Part shown: positions 26,475 to 36,275 of the stretch, piece after piece
How the letters are laid out: every line of letters starts with the position of its first letter
How positions within the stretch are numbered: the stretch's first letter is position 1
DNA from: a bacterium
GTDB taxonomy: Bacteria > Patescibacteriota > Minisyncoccia > Phycocordibacterales > SBAW01
Length of the DNA stretch: 46,793 nt
NCBI GenBank assembly: GCA_021839985.1
Contig: JAKBZO010000003.1
Coordinates: 1 to 46,793 of the forward strand
Reading direction: 5' to 3'
The notes under the pieces: model-generated
The model's input: only the letters and a program-made list of their open reading frames with translations
The model's database searches: none
What the model was told of the DNA's origin: nothing
Position numbers and translations under genes: made by a program

Positions 26475-27725
26475 TTACGGAAGCATCATGATCGGCGGCA
26501 GTGACGCTTCATCCGGCACGCGTCGCGAGATGGGGTGATGATAGACATACGCGGCCGTCACGATCGTTACGAAACACACGACCGCGAACATGCCTTGCAG
26601 GCCTGCCATATCGGCGACCGCACCGGCGATGACCGGCGTTATCATCGCGCCGAACTCTTTGATGCCGTCTATCGCGCCGGTCACACTGCCATACTGCTGC
26701 CGCGGACTGATCACGGTGATATACGCCTGCACAATGAGATCGACGCACACGACGATCACCTGCATGACGAATGCAGCAAGCACCTCTATCTCATAGGACG
26801 GCATCAGCGCCACCGCCAAGAATGAGAGCGGAAGTGTCGCGAGCAGCACGATCAGGGCACGGTGTTTATCTATGCGATCGACCACGTTCGCGATCGACCA
26901 CGCACCAAGCGCCGGAATGGTGAAGATGACGGTCATGAGAATGACCTGCTGAAGGTTAGCGCCATTCTCATACGCAGCGATCGGCAAGAAAAATGAGCTC
27001 ATCGTCGAGACGATCGAGATGAGCAGTGCGATCCAAGCCGCACGATACTGTCCCGTGTGCCAGGTGCGCATACCTTCAAAGAAGACCTGATAGGAGTGGA
27101 ACACGTGGGCTGCGCGAGTCGTATTCGGTTTGCCGTCGCGAAGATGAAGGATCGGGAGAAATGCGAGCAGCGACGTGGGCACTATCATAAAAAGCAGCCA
27201 GTGGATCGGCACGAATTGAATGAGAAAGAAACCGATTATCGCCGCCAATAGCCAGCCGAAATTGCCCAGCGACTCAACGTAACCGAACGCCGCTGCCTCC
27301 GAGTGAACTCCAGCGGAGCGGCGCAGATAGGTATCGATGCCGATCGTATCAAGACACCACGCCAGGCCATTGAGACCGCGCGCAATGATGATGAAAAGCG
27401 CCAAACCGGTCAAACCAGCGAACAAATAACTTGCGCCGGTGAAGAGATACGCGACAAGTGCAAGCACGAGAAGCACCTTACTTGAAAGTTCATCAGCGAA
27501 CATGCTGACAACCGGCAGCGAGACGAGGAAGATCACGTCATAGATCGACTTAAGCATGCCGGTCTCAGTGAACGAATGCGAGAAAGATAGCAGAAAGATC
27601 GGGATCAGTGATTCGCCGAATCCCCACCCTATCCAACGGATCGTGCGCGACCAAGCTACTTTCTTGATGCCACGCGGCACTTCGCGAAGATGATCAAAAG
27701 CGAGAAATCGGTTGAGTGGTTCCAT
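26475..27725 (-). CDS. MFS transporter
   Basis: About 12 TM, motif A-like ADELSSK and VDRIDKHR, ARGLNG. Confidence 0.8.
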   Translation of the reverse strand: MEPLNRFLAFDHLREVPRGIKKVAWSRTIRWIGWGFGESLIPIFLLSFSHSFTETGMLKSIYDVIFLVSLPVVSMFADELSSKVLLVLALVAYLFTGASYLFAGLTGLALFIIIARGLNGLAWCLDTIGIDTYLRRSAGVHSEAAAFGYVESLGNFGWLLAAIIGFFLIQFVPIHWLLFMIVPTSLLAFLPILHLRDGKPNTTRAAHVFHSYQVFFEGMRTWHTGQYRAAWIALLISIVSTMSSFFLPIAAYENGANLQQVILMTVIFTIPALGAWSIANVVDRIDKHRALIVLLATLPLSFLAVALMPSYEIEVLAAFVMQVIVVCVDLIVQAYITVISPRQQYGSVTGAIDGIKEFGAMITPVIAGAVADMAGLQGMFAVVCFVTIVTAAYVYHHPISRRVPDEASLPPIMMLP

Positions 27726-27740
27726 GGAAAGCTGAGGGAG

Positions 27741-29435
27741 CTAGATCGCTGATTCGATATCGGTCGGTTCGAGCGCGACGCGCTCAGTTCGCATGAAGCG
27801 TTGTCGCAAGGCTCTCCAGATCTCAGGGAGCTCTTCGTTGCCCAGCAGATGCAAGAGTACGGCAACCACTGCAAGACCGACAACGCCCGCCGCGAATCCT
27901 TGCGCAAAAACGCCGAACACTTTGTTCATATTCACGAATGTGCCCGTGAACGCCAGGACCCAATACGCAACCGTACCGCCGACGATCGAGGCGGAAAGAC
28001 TCTGGAACGTCAGCCGACCGATCCGAGCAAGCGGTATCGAAAAATCTTTGACGAAATAGATGAACGCGATGATCGCTTCAGCGGTGGAGCCAAGCGCATA
28101 GCCGAGCGCGAGCATGAGCACGGTCGTGCCGCCCGCAACGCTATCGACGCGCAGCAGCGACTCCACGAACATACGCACGAAAAGATATTTGTGGAAGAGA
28201 CCGGCGAGTGCGAGCGCCGAAGAGATCGATACGACAATGTCGGCGATACCGAAATACAGCGGCTTGCGCGAGTTCCCTGCCGCATAATACGCGCGCGAAA
28301 TGAGCAGTGTAAGATTTTGCGCGGCGAGCGAGATGATGAACAGCGCAAGCGCTGCCGCGGTGAGTTTGGTTGCGGTCCAATCGAACACGCCCGCGCCGAG
28401 AATGACACGCACCAGCTGTGCGCGCAGTACGATGACGAATATCGTCGCGGGGATCGACCAAAAAAGAATATGGCGTATGGCTGCTTCGATGTACGTGACC
28501 AGCGCGCCATTCTCACGCTTTGCGTAAAGCCGCGCCAGAGTCGGAAACGCCGCGACCGAATACGACACGCCGATGATCGTGAGCGGCACCGCCTGCAGGT
28601 TGTAGGCAAAGGAAAATATCGTGATCGAACCTTTGGCGAAGTACGACGCGATCGCCACAAGCGCGACCAGTGATATCTGTGTGCTCGCAAGAGCGAGCGT
28701 GCGTGGGATCGAAAGAGCGAGCACTTCGCGCAGATGCCGCAGTGCTTGCGAAAGCGGCATGCGCGTGCCCCTCGGCTCCTGCGCAAAAAATGGCACCTGG
28801 ATGAGTGCGTGGAGCGCGGCGCCGAGCACCACGCCGACGCCGAGACCCATGATCCCCATGTGCGGATACAATGCGACGATGCCAATGATGATGCCGATAT
28901 TGTAGAGGAGCGGACTGATCGAGTAGAGCAGGAATCGATGCCGCATCTGGGTGAGGTTGGCCAAGATATTCGAAGCGCCGAGCAAGATCGGCTGCAGCAA
29001 AAGAACGCGCGTCAGGAGCAAAAGCTGCGCATACTCCGGTGTTCCATGCACAAAACCAGGAGCGAGAAGCGCGAGGATCTGAGGCGCGAATACGAATACG
29101 ATACCGGAGATCAGGCCCATGCCAACAAAGAATAGCAGGAGCATCTGACGCATGAACGACATCATCGTGTTCTCGCTCTCCTCCTCAAGGCGCGAGAGCG
29201 TCGGCATGAGCGCGTACAGCGAGAGCAGCGACGCAACGGTCGCAAAAAGAAAATCCGGCACGCGGAACGCGGCGTAATAGATATCGAGCGTACTGCCGGC
29301 ACCGAACGTGCCCGCGAGAAGTCGATCGCGCACCAAAGCGAGCATCTGCGACAAGAACGCGAATATCGCTACAAGATACGCGGCCTCATGGAGACCGCGC
29401 ACTTCAAGCCCGACCACCGCGAACAAGCGACGCAT
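27741..29435 (-). CDS. murJ: Lipid II flippase MurJ (MviN)
   Basis: SQMLALVRDRLLA..FGAG..LDIYYAAFRVPD, SPLLYNIGII, SVAAFPTL, SRAYYA; start 29435. Confidence 0.9.
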   Translation of the reverse strand: MRRLFAVVGLEVRGLHEAAYLVAIFAFLSQMLALVRDRLLAGTFGAGSTLDIYYAAFRVPDFLFATVASLLSLYALMPTLSRLEEESENTMMSFMRQMLLLFFVGMGLISGIVFVFAPQILALLAPGFVHGTPEYAQLLLLTRVLLLQPILLGASNILANLTQMRHRFLLYSISPLLYNIGIIIGIVALYPHMGIMGLGVGVVLGAALHALIQVPFFAQEPRGTRMPLSQALRHLREVLALSIPRTLALASTQISLVALVAIASYFAKGSITIFSFAYNLQAVPLTIIGVSYSVAAFPTLARLYAKRENGALVTYIEAAIRHILFWSIPATIFVIVLRAQLVRVILGAGVFDWTATKLTAAALALFIISLAAQNLTLLISRAYYAAGNSRKPLYFGIADIVVSISSALALAGLFHKYLFVRMFVESLLRVDSVAGGTTVLMLALGYALGSTAEAIIAFIYFVKDFSIPLARIGRLTFQSLSASIVGGTVAYWVLAFTGTFVNMNKVFGVFAQGFAAGVVGLAVVAVLLHLLGNEELPEIWRALRQRFMRTERVALEPTDIESAI

Positions 29436-29476
29436 GCGTATAAGTATACGGGGGAAAGGAAAAAGTAGAAAGTCAT

Positions 29477-29519
29477 AAAAACCGCGCAGCTCCGCCAGTT
29501 GGCGGAGCTGCGCGGTTTT
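29477..29519 (-). terminator. Intrinsic terminator
   Basis: AAAACCGCGCAGCTCCGCCA-GT-TGGCGGAGCTGCGCGGTTTT inverted repeat. Confidence 0.75.
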
Positions 29520-29533
29520 ACTTCTCGTCCGAT

Positions 29534-31975
29534 CTACCTCGATAGCGGAGTGGCGCTGGCTGTCGCCGGCTTGATGTAACTCTTTGAACCAGCGAACGGG
29601 TCGATCCCCCACCGCATGTTCTGAAGAATATGCGCTACATCGGTATTGGTCGGATTATCATTTTGTATCTGAGTGAAAATAGTTATCGCGTCCTGCGCGC
29701 GTCCTTGCTTGTAATACGCAAGGCCAAGGAAGTATTTTGCGTTCGCATACGACGGAACGAGCGCCACCGCCTGTTCGAGTGCCGGGATCGCATTCTGCAT
29801 ATTCCCCGCTGAATAATTGAGCAGACCGAGTTCAAGCCATAGCGGCGCTTGGTCGGGGGCGGATTGCACCGCTGCCTCGATCGCTCGCGTTGCTTCCGGA
29901 AGATTGTTTTGGGCTACCTCAACTTGTTCGGCCAGCAAGAATGCGTCGGTGTAATTACTCTTGAGCTGAAGCGACTGAGTAATGAGCTTTTGCACCTCGT
30001 TCAAATTTCCTTTGAGATCATCCGTTGCCTCAAGACGCGCGAGAAGGAGCGGTAGAGTCGGATTGGTCGGATCACGCATGATCGCCTGCTGGTATGCTTG
30101 ATACGCACCATCATACGCGCCTTGTATCTTGAGCGGGTACAAGAACTCATAGATCCGCGCAAGGTCGACATACGGACGATAATCATTGACGCTCAGCTGT
30201 GCGGCCGTCTGTCCTTGCTGGATCGCGCTGACCAGTGTCTTCTGGAAGTTATTGCGGATCTCGGTAATATTGGACGGTGAGCTTGATGCTTCATTTGCCA
30301 ATTGCTGCAATTGTGCGAGGCTTATTTCAGCTCCCGTGCGCATGTTGTCGGTCGTGCGCTCAATGCCTTGAGATGCCGCGATGGCTTGTGCCGCTCCATC
30401 GACATCATTCTGAGAGACTGCATTCAATGCTAGGCCCTGATACGCAAGCGCCACGAACCGGCGGACCGCTAAGAACGCCGGAATGATCACCGCGATAATG
30501 ACAAGCACCATCAAAACCTTACCGACTGAACGGATCGGTTTGAGCTCAGACGCTCTCATGACATGCTGCGTTGAGACGAAGCCTGCAAGCGCACCGAAGA
30601 GCGCGAATGCCAACAGCACCATGCTCTGACTTGAAGAGTAGCCGGCCAACACCGCCCACACGAAAGCCGCCGCGATCCACAGTTCGATAATAAGAGATCG
30701 ATCGTCTGACTCCGATCCCAGCCAGGTGCGCCACACTCGCACGAACATAAGACAAAGCAGGAGGAGCGGAAGCGCCCACACGATAATACCAACGAAACCG
30801 ACCGAGACAAGGGCTGTCGACATGACACTGAAGCCGGTAACAAAGTCGACGCTCCAGAACTGCGTTGTGTTCACATCGACCGGTTTGAAGTGCAGCCAGG
30901 CAGTGCCGAACGTATTGGGTCCAGTGCCGAACAGAGTGTGCTGCATACTATCGCTCGTCGCACTGCGTGCAATATCATACGTGGTCGACATCGAAGGACG
31001 GACGTCGAGTGACGTCACCGACACCGTCGAAGGAAGTTTGGCACCGATCGTAGTGCCCCACATGATGAAGATCGCTGAAATAACGATCACACCATAGGCA
31101 TACCATGCCGCCTCAGGAACTGCCTCCGTTGAGACTGCGGCAACGCTCAAGGATGCTTTTTTCCATACTCGAGCACGGAAATATTTTATGAGTGCGATCA
31201 CGAATGCGCCAACACCTAAGAACCACCAGATCAGAGAGAAACCGATAACAACGAGGAGACCGAGAAGAAGCAGTGCGCCGATGAAGCAAGTGACCATACG
31301 CCACTTTTTCTGTTGTGATTTACCGAACTCTGCGCGCACGAGCATGAGCAGCACGACCAAAGCGACCGCCATACCGAGATCGTTCCACTTGCCAATGAGG
31401 TTGACGGTCTTATCCGAGAACACAGTATTTTGCCACAGAGTACTGCCGAATAAGATGTTCACATATTGGAATACTGCCGCCAGAGTGATCGCTGCTACCA
31501 CAAAGCGAAGTAGCGTTCGTGCACGCTCAGCCGAATGAACAAAGATAAGACCGAGCACGAACGCCACATATGCGATAACCATGAAGAACACGGTGTCAAC
31601 TTCGCTGCCCACTCCCATAAAGCCGAGATATCGGTCAGACGCTAAAGCGTAAGACACAAGATAGGCCAGAGGCAGAAGCCCGACGAGAGCGGCATACACG
31701 CGCGATGAGCGCAGCGGTTCGAATACCGGTGCGCCACAGAAGCGCGCCAATGCCAGAGAGACGACCGACAAAGCAATGCCGACCGCAACGATAGCAAGTT
31801 TCAAAGGCGCAAAGGGCATCCACGAAAAGGGCGTCGACGCAATGATCGCGAGCGCTATAGAAGCGACGAACACCACCCAGCCGATGCGCTCGAACATAAA
31901 AGCCCATCGCGCTTTTTTCTCTCCCGAAGAAGGAGTGTGCACGTGCGTCTCTACTGATGGTTCTGTTGGTGGCAT
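29534..31975 (-). CDS. O-antigen-ligase (Wzy_C)-like polytopic membrane protein with C-terminal TPR repeats
   Basis: About 12-13 TM, LFGTGPNTF periplasmic-loop motif, TPR repeats (ELGLLNY...ALEQAVALVPSYANAKYFLGLAYY). Confidence 0.75.
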   Translation of the reverse strand: MPPTEPSVETHVHTPSSGEKKARWAFMFERIGWVVFVASIALAIIASTPFSWMPFAPLKLAIVAVGIALSVVSLALARFCGAPVFEPLRSSRVYAALVGLLPLAYLVSYALASDRYLGFMGVGSEVDTVFFMVIAYVAFVLGLIFVHSAERARTLLRFVVAAITLAAVFQYVNILFGSTLWQNTVFSDKTVNLIGKWNDLGMAVALVVLLMLVRAEFGKSQQKKWRMVTCFIGALLLLGLLVVIGFSLIWWFLGVGAFVIALIKYFRARVWKKASLSVAAVSTEAVPEAAWYAYGVIVISAIFIMWGTTIGAKLPSTVSVTSLDVRPSMSTTYDIARSATSDSMQHTLFGTGPNTFGTAWLHFKPVDVNTTQFWSVDFVTGFSVMSTALVSVGFVGIIVWALPLLLLCLMFVRVWRTWLGSESDDRSLIIELWIAAAFVWAVLAGYSSSQSMVLLAFALFGALAGFVSTQHVMRASELKPIRSVGKVLMVLVIIAVIIPAFLAVRRFVALAYQGLALNAVSQNDVDGAAQAIAASQGIERTTDNMRTGAEISLAQLQQLANEASSSPSNITEIRNNFQKTLVSAIQQGQTAAQLSVNDYRPYVDLARIYEFLYPLKIQGAYDGAYQAYQQAIMRDPTNPTLPLLLARLEATDDLKGNLNEVQKLITQSLQLKSNYTDAFLLAEQVEVAQNNLPEATRAIEAAVQSAPDQAPLWLELGLLNYSAGNMQNAIPALEQAVALVPSYANAKYFLGLAYYKQGRAQDAITIFTQIQNDNPTNTDVAHILQNMRWGIDPFAGSKSYIKPATASATPLSR

Positions 31976-32117
31976 ATACCTAAAAATTAACTGATACGAA
32001 TGAAATCATTATAAACGAAAAACTAAAAATCAATACCGGTCATGTGTGAAGAGCGCACGTATAAATGTGCGCGAAAAAGAAAAGGTGCCGCTGTTCGCGA
32101 CACCTTTTCATACTGCT

Positions 32118-32591
32118 ATGCGCCGATAAGCCGAATTCTGTTGAAGCTGAAGCTTCATGACAACTATTTATCTGGGCGATGTGTCGCCACATCGCTCGAG
32201 CGGCACTCCCCGCGCGCAGCGCGCAAGTTGAAAGTTCATAAAGTTCAGAAGTTCATAAAGTCATGCAGCGCGTTCTTATCCTTACCGTAACCGCTGAGTT
32301 CTGCAACTTTACGAACTTTTTAACTTTACAAACTGCGCGCTACGCGCGGGGCACGGCCTTGCACTCAAGTAAGGGTTTTGCCGTTTCACCTCTCGTGTTA
32401 CCACAAGAGCTATTCCCGAAGGAATCCGAGAACCTTTCGGACTCGGCGTCTCTGCTCGCACCTCTGCCGCGGCAGTCGCGGCGACAGGCGTTACCTGCTA
32501 CTCCTGCGATATCCGAAGACATCGCTGAGTGTTCGGACTTTCCTCCCCATCACTACCCTATAGACAATGACAGAGCAGTTGTCTGGCGCAC
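32118..32591 (-). ncRNA. rnpB: RNase P RNA
   Basis: Minus strand contains GAGGAAAGTCCGAAC, GGTGAAACGGCAAAACCC and ACAGAATTCGGCTTAT; ends pair (GTGCGCC/GGCGCAT). Confidence 0.95.
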
Positions 32592-32619
32592 GAAAACATT
32601 GTGCCATACCATTATGAAG

Positions 32620-32660
32620 AAGGCAAGGGCGCGCGGGCTTCGCCCGCGCGCCCTTGCCTT
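32620..32660. terminator. GC-rich palindrome/terminator between aox and rnpB
   Basis: AAGGCAAGGGCGCGCGGGC-TTC-GCCCGCGCGCCCTTGCCTT. Confidence 0.7.
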
Positions 32661-32679
32661 ATGTCTCCCATTTCGATCT

Positions 32680-33372
32680 CTACGCCTTGAACTGATGGAT
32701 CGACGTATTGCGATGGATGATCTCGTCATTGCGCACCGACATGAAGAAATCGTACTGGTCGATCGGATTGCGGCCGTACCAATTCAGATACTCACTCTCT
32801 ACTTTTCTGCGCTTGAGCACTTCCCCGCGCAGTTTCAAGAAGAGCGAGTACTGATCGAACGCATGCTGCTCGAACATATAATTGAGTTCGAACGACCACC
32901 TCGAGTTGATGAGGTACAGGAAGTAGGACATCCAGAAATAGAAGAATGCGAACAGGAGCGGGATGATCGTGTGGCGGATCACGCCAGCTTTTTCTTCGCG
33001 GCGCGTCAACTCCGATATGACAACCACGTGCATGGTCTCGTTGTCGCGAGCGAAGCGAGCGAACTCGGAGGTCTTGGAGAATCGCAGTGCGCGATCCGCG
33101 TCGGTATAGAACATGGTGAGCAGCGTGAACGACGCCGACTCCCACGAATGATACGGCACGCGCGCGATCACTTCGACGGCGCGAAATTTCAGATACGATG
33201 GAGTGCGGCCGTACACAAAGTTGCCGCACACCACCAGCAACTTACCGAGCAAGCGCGGCAAAAGCGACACGCGATAGGTATCGAGCGGTTTCTTATACGT
33301 CTCGAGGGTCTCCGGATCATTCAACTGCGCGACCAGTGTTTCGTATTCTCGATCATCGCCTGATATCTTCAT
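32680..33372 (-). CDS. Alternative oxidase (AOX/PTOX-like di-iron quinol oxidase)
   Basis: AVEVIARVPY, DNETMH, LNYMFEQHAFDQY, RNDEIIH give the E / ExxH / E / ExxH di-iron ligand pattern. Confidence 0.85.
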   Translation of the reverse strand: MKISGDDREYETLVAQLNDPETLETYKKPLDTYRVSLLPRLLGKLLVVCGNFVYGRTPSYLKFRAVEVIARVPYHSWESASFTLLTMFYTDADRALRFSKTSEFARFARDNETMHVVVISELTRREEKAGVIRHTIIPLLFAFFYFWMSYFLYLINSRWSFELNYMFEQHAFDQYSLFLKLRGEVLKRRKVESEYLNWYGRNPIDQYDFFMSVRNDEIIHRNTSIHQFKA

Positions 33373-33426
33373 GGTAAAGATTTAATAACTAGTGCTTTTA
33401 GTATACTAGAGTATACTGCTTTCACT

Positions 33427-34197
33427 ATGACCGTACGCACAAAAACTGCAAAAAGGCGAGCGCCAGCGCCCAAAAAAGACGCCGACGTCTTCCCCATGCG
33501 CATCAACAAATATCTGGCGCTCCAGAATTACGCCACCCGCCGCGGCGCCGATGAGCTCATCGAAAAAGGGTTCGTCACGATAAACGGCAAGAGGGCAAAG
33601 CTCGGCGACATCGTGCATGAGAAAGATGAAGTCGCGGTAAAGAGCAGCGCACCGAAAAAGAATTACGTGTACTTCGCGTACAACAAACCGCGCGGCATCG
33701 TCACCCACGGCGCACAAGGGCACGAAGAAGAGATCGGCGAAGTGGTGGAGAAAGTACCGGAGCTGCGCGGCACCTTCCCGGTCGGGCGGCTCGACAAAGA
33801 CTCGCACGGACTCATCATTCTCACCAACGACGGACGCGTCACCGACCGACTCCTCAATCCGAAATTCGATCACGACAAAGAGTACGAGGTTATGGTGCAT
33901 AAACCGCTACGCAACAATTTCAAAGAGCGCATGGAGAGCGGCGTGAACATCGAAGGATACCTGACGAAAGAATGCCATGTCGACGTGGTCGGTGCCATGA
34001 AATTCCGCGTCACGCTCCATGAGGGCAAACGACATCAGATCCGCCGCATGGTCGCCGCGCTCTACAATACCGTCGCCGACATCAAGCGCGTACGCGTTCT
34101 CAACATCAAGCTCGGCAAGACGCCCTCAGGCGGCTTCGCCGCGATCAAAGGCGACGACCTCAAGATCTTTTTACAGAAGCTCGGGTTGGAGAGGTAG
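33427..34197 (+). CDS. rRNA pseudouridine synthase, RsuA/RluB/RluF family
   Basis: S4 domain RINKYLA...RRGADELI, YNKPRG, VGRLDKDSHGL, EGKRHQIRRM. Confidence 0.93.
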   Translation: MTVRTKTAKRRAPAPKKDADVFPMRINKYLALQNYATRRGADELIEKGFVTINGKRAKLGDIVHEKDEVAVKSSAPKKNYVYFAYNKPRGIVTHGAQGHEEEIGEVVEKVPELRGTFPVGRLDKDSHGLIILTNDGRVTDRLLNPKFDHDKEYEVMVHKPLRNNFKERMESGVNIEGYLTKECHVDVVGAMKFRVTLHEGKRHQIRRMVAALYNTVADIKRVRVLNIKLGKTPSGGFAAIKGDDLKIFLQKLGLER

Positions 34198-34200
34198 GGG

Positions 34201-34270
34201 TCGGTGAGTAAAGCAGTTCGCTCGCTCGTCTCCGCCAACAAAATATGCGCCCGAAGGCGCTATTTTTTGT
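34201..34270 (-). repeat. tRNA-Ser(GGA)-linked mirror element (short form)
   Basis: CGTCTCCGCCAACAAAA (34227-34243) is the inverted copy of 34265-34281, preceded by hairpin GTGAGTAAA-GCAG-TTCGCTCGC. Confidence 0.7.
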
Positions 34271-34358
34271 TGGCGGAGACGGCGAGATTCGAACTCGCGA
34301 GAGGTTTCCCCCTACTCGCTTTCCAAGCGAGCGCACTCGACCGCTATGCGACGTCTCC
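34271..34358 (-). tRNA. tRNA-Ser(GGA)
   Basis: GGAGACG...CGTCTCC-G-CCA, anticodon loop TT-GGA-AA, long variable arm. Confidence 0.95.
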
Positions 34359-34428
34359 AATATGTACGAACACAACATGAGCGACCGGAGTCGCTCAATT
34401 GTTATACCAAAAAAATAGTAGTGGCGCA

Positions 34429-35343
34429 CTATTTGGCGGCAACGACCGCCTGAGATCGACCCTCCCCGTCGGAATCATCCTCATCGTCCGGGAACACCTC
34501 CTCGTATGACTTGATCGTATGTCGTCCGCCACGTTTCGCCTCGTACATCGCCGCATCGGCACGCTCGATAAGCTTCTCATGCGTCTCCCCTTTGCGCAGC
34601 GCCGCAAATCCGATGCTCGCTGACACGTTGTGATCTGCTGCAGGGTATATCTCTTGGTATTTCTTCGAACACTCCTCCTTCGCTTTTTCTGATCCGCGAT
34701 CGATCGCGGCTATCAACTTCTCCGCCAAAAGACGCGCATCTCGTTCTTCGACATCAGAAAGCACGACTGCAAACTCGTCGCCGCCGAGGCGCGCCAAGAC
34801 GTCGGTCGGACGATGAAGCACGCTTCTCATTTCATGAGCGACCGTCTTAAGATAGATGTCGCCCGCTTCATGGCCGAGTTTATCGTTCACCGACTTGAAC
34901 TTGTCGAGATCGATGAACAGGACGAATATCTTAGGCACATATTCGTCAGGACCCGCCGCGTGCCCGACCTTCTTCTCGACGTTTTTCTCAAAACGATGCA
35001 CGCGCGACACTTCAGCATATGCCTTTTCCATGAAATCAGCGCGGTTCGAAAGACCCGTAAGAAAATCGAACTTTGCACGAGACTCGATCGACCGCACCTC
35101 CTCAAGCAAAACCTTGAAGTGCGTCCTCATCATGCGCTGATCTGCGACTGCTTCAGCTATGCGTCCGGGGTCGCCGCTTTCAAGTGCGTTAAGAGTGTCG
35201 TTGTATTCGAGCCAAAAATCATGAAGATGTCCGGATACCGAGTTTGGATCATAGACGAATATCTCTCGATGCGGCGCCTCAAGGTGCTTTGATGGCTTCA
35301 AACCCGCTTCTTTTGTATGTTTTTGACCGCCTTCCATATTCAT
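34429..35343 (-). CDS. Diguanylate cyclase (GGDEF domain)
   Basis: DFLTGLSNR, FIDLDKFKSVNDKLGHEAGD, RPTD I-site, ARLGGDEF, ADAAMYEAK. Confidence 0.92.
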   Translation of the reverse strand: MNMEGGQKHTKEAGLKPSKHLEAPHREIFVYDPNSVSGHLHDFWLEYNDTLNALESGDPGRIAEAVADQRMMRTHFKVLLEEVRSIESRAKFDFLTGLSNRADFMEKAYAEVSRVHRFEKNVEKKVGHAAGPDEYVPKIFVLFIDLDKFKSVNDKLGHEAGDIYLKTVAHEMRSVLHRPTDVLARLGGDEFAVVLSDVEERDARLLAEKLIAAIDRGSEKAKEECSKKYQEIYPAADHNVSASIGFAALRKGETHEKLIERADAAMYEAKRGGRHTIKSYEEVFPDDEDDSDGEGRSQAVVAAK

Positions 35344-35382
35344 GGTTTTTATTGTACACCCATGTTCGAAATGTGCCAGGCG

Positions 35383-36273
35383 TTAGCCGACGAGCGCTTT
35401 GATGCGGTCCTCGATCGGCGGATGGGTTGAGAAAAGCCGCATAAGAGTATTTTTTGCAGCATGTGAACCGAATGGGTTGCTGATGAAGAGATGCGCGGTG
35501 GCGTTGCTCGCGTGCTGCATCGGTGCGCTATACGCTTCGAGTTTGCGCAATGCTGAGGCAAGACCCTCCGGATAGCGCGTGAGAAGCGCGCCGGATGCGT
35601 CGGCGAGAAATTCACGCCGGCGCGAGATCGCAAGTTGCAGGAGCGTCGCGACGATCGGCGCGAGGATCATCACCACGATCACCATCGCCGCCGCGATCGG
35701 ATTCTGACGTTCTTCGCTGTCACCACCTCCCCACCACATCGAGCGCAACGCGATGTCGGAGAGCATAGCGATGAAGCCGACCAGTACGACCGCGATCGTC
35801 GATACCAGGATGTCGCGATTGCCGACGTGCGAGAGCTCATGCGCAAGCACGCCCTCAAGCTCGGTTTTGTTCATGATCGCAAGCAAGCCGGTCGTGACCG
35901 CGATCGCCGCATGTTCTTTGTCGCGGCCGGTCGCGAAGGCATTGGGTGCCGGATCATTGATGATGTACACACGCGGCTTGGGGAGCCCTGCGGTGATCGC
36001 AAGATTTTCGATCGTGTTGTGGAGATCATGATACTCACGCTCATCCGCTGGCTGTGCGCGCGAGAGCGAGAGTGCTACCTTGTCCGAGTTCCAGTAGCTC
36101 CAAATGTTGGTGAGGAGCGCGAAAACGACCGCGATGTACAGAATGCCGCGCGCGTTGAAGTACCACGATGCCGCAAAACCGACCGCCACCACCACGCACA
36201 AGAATACCGCCATGATAAGCCATGTCTTGGCAACGTTTTCGTCTTGATGTGTGTAGAGATTTTGTGTAACCAT
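35383..36273 (-). CDS. htpX: Zinc metalloprotease HtpX (M48)
   Basis: PNAFATGR, LAHELSH, SRRREFLADA, FSTHPPIEDRI. Confidence 0.93.
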   Translation of the reverse strand: MVTQNLYTHQDENVAKTWLIMAVFLCVVVAVGFAASWYFNARGILYIAVVFALLTNIWSYWNSDKVALSLSRAQPADEREYHDLHNTIENLAITAGLPKPRVYIINDPAPNAFATGRDKEHAAIAVTTGLLAIMNKTELEGVLAHELSHVGNRDILVSTIAVVLVGFIAMLSDIALRSMWWGGGDSEERQNPIAAAMVIVVMILAPIVATLLQLAISRRREFLADASGALLTRYPEGLASALRKLEAYSAPMQHASNATAHLFISNPFGSHAAKNTLMRLFSTHPPIEDRIKALVG

Positions 36274-36275
36274 AA

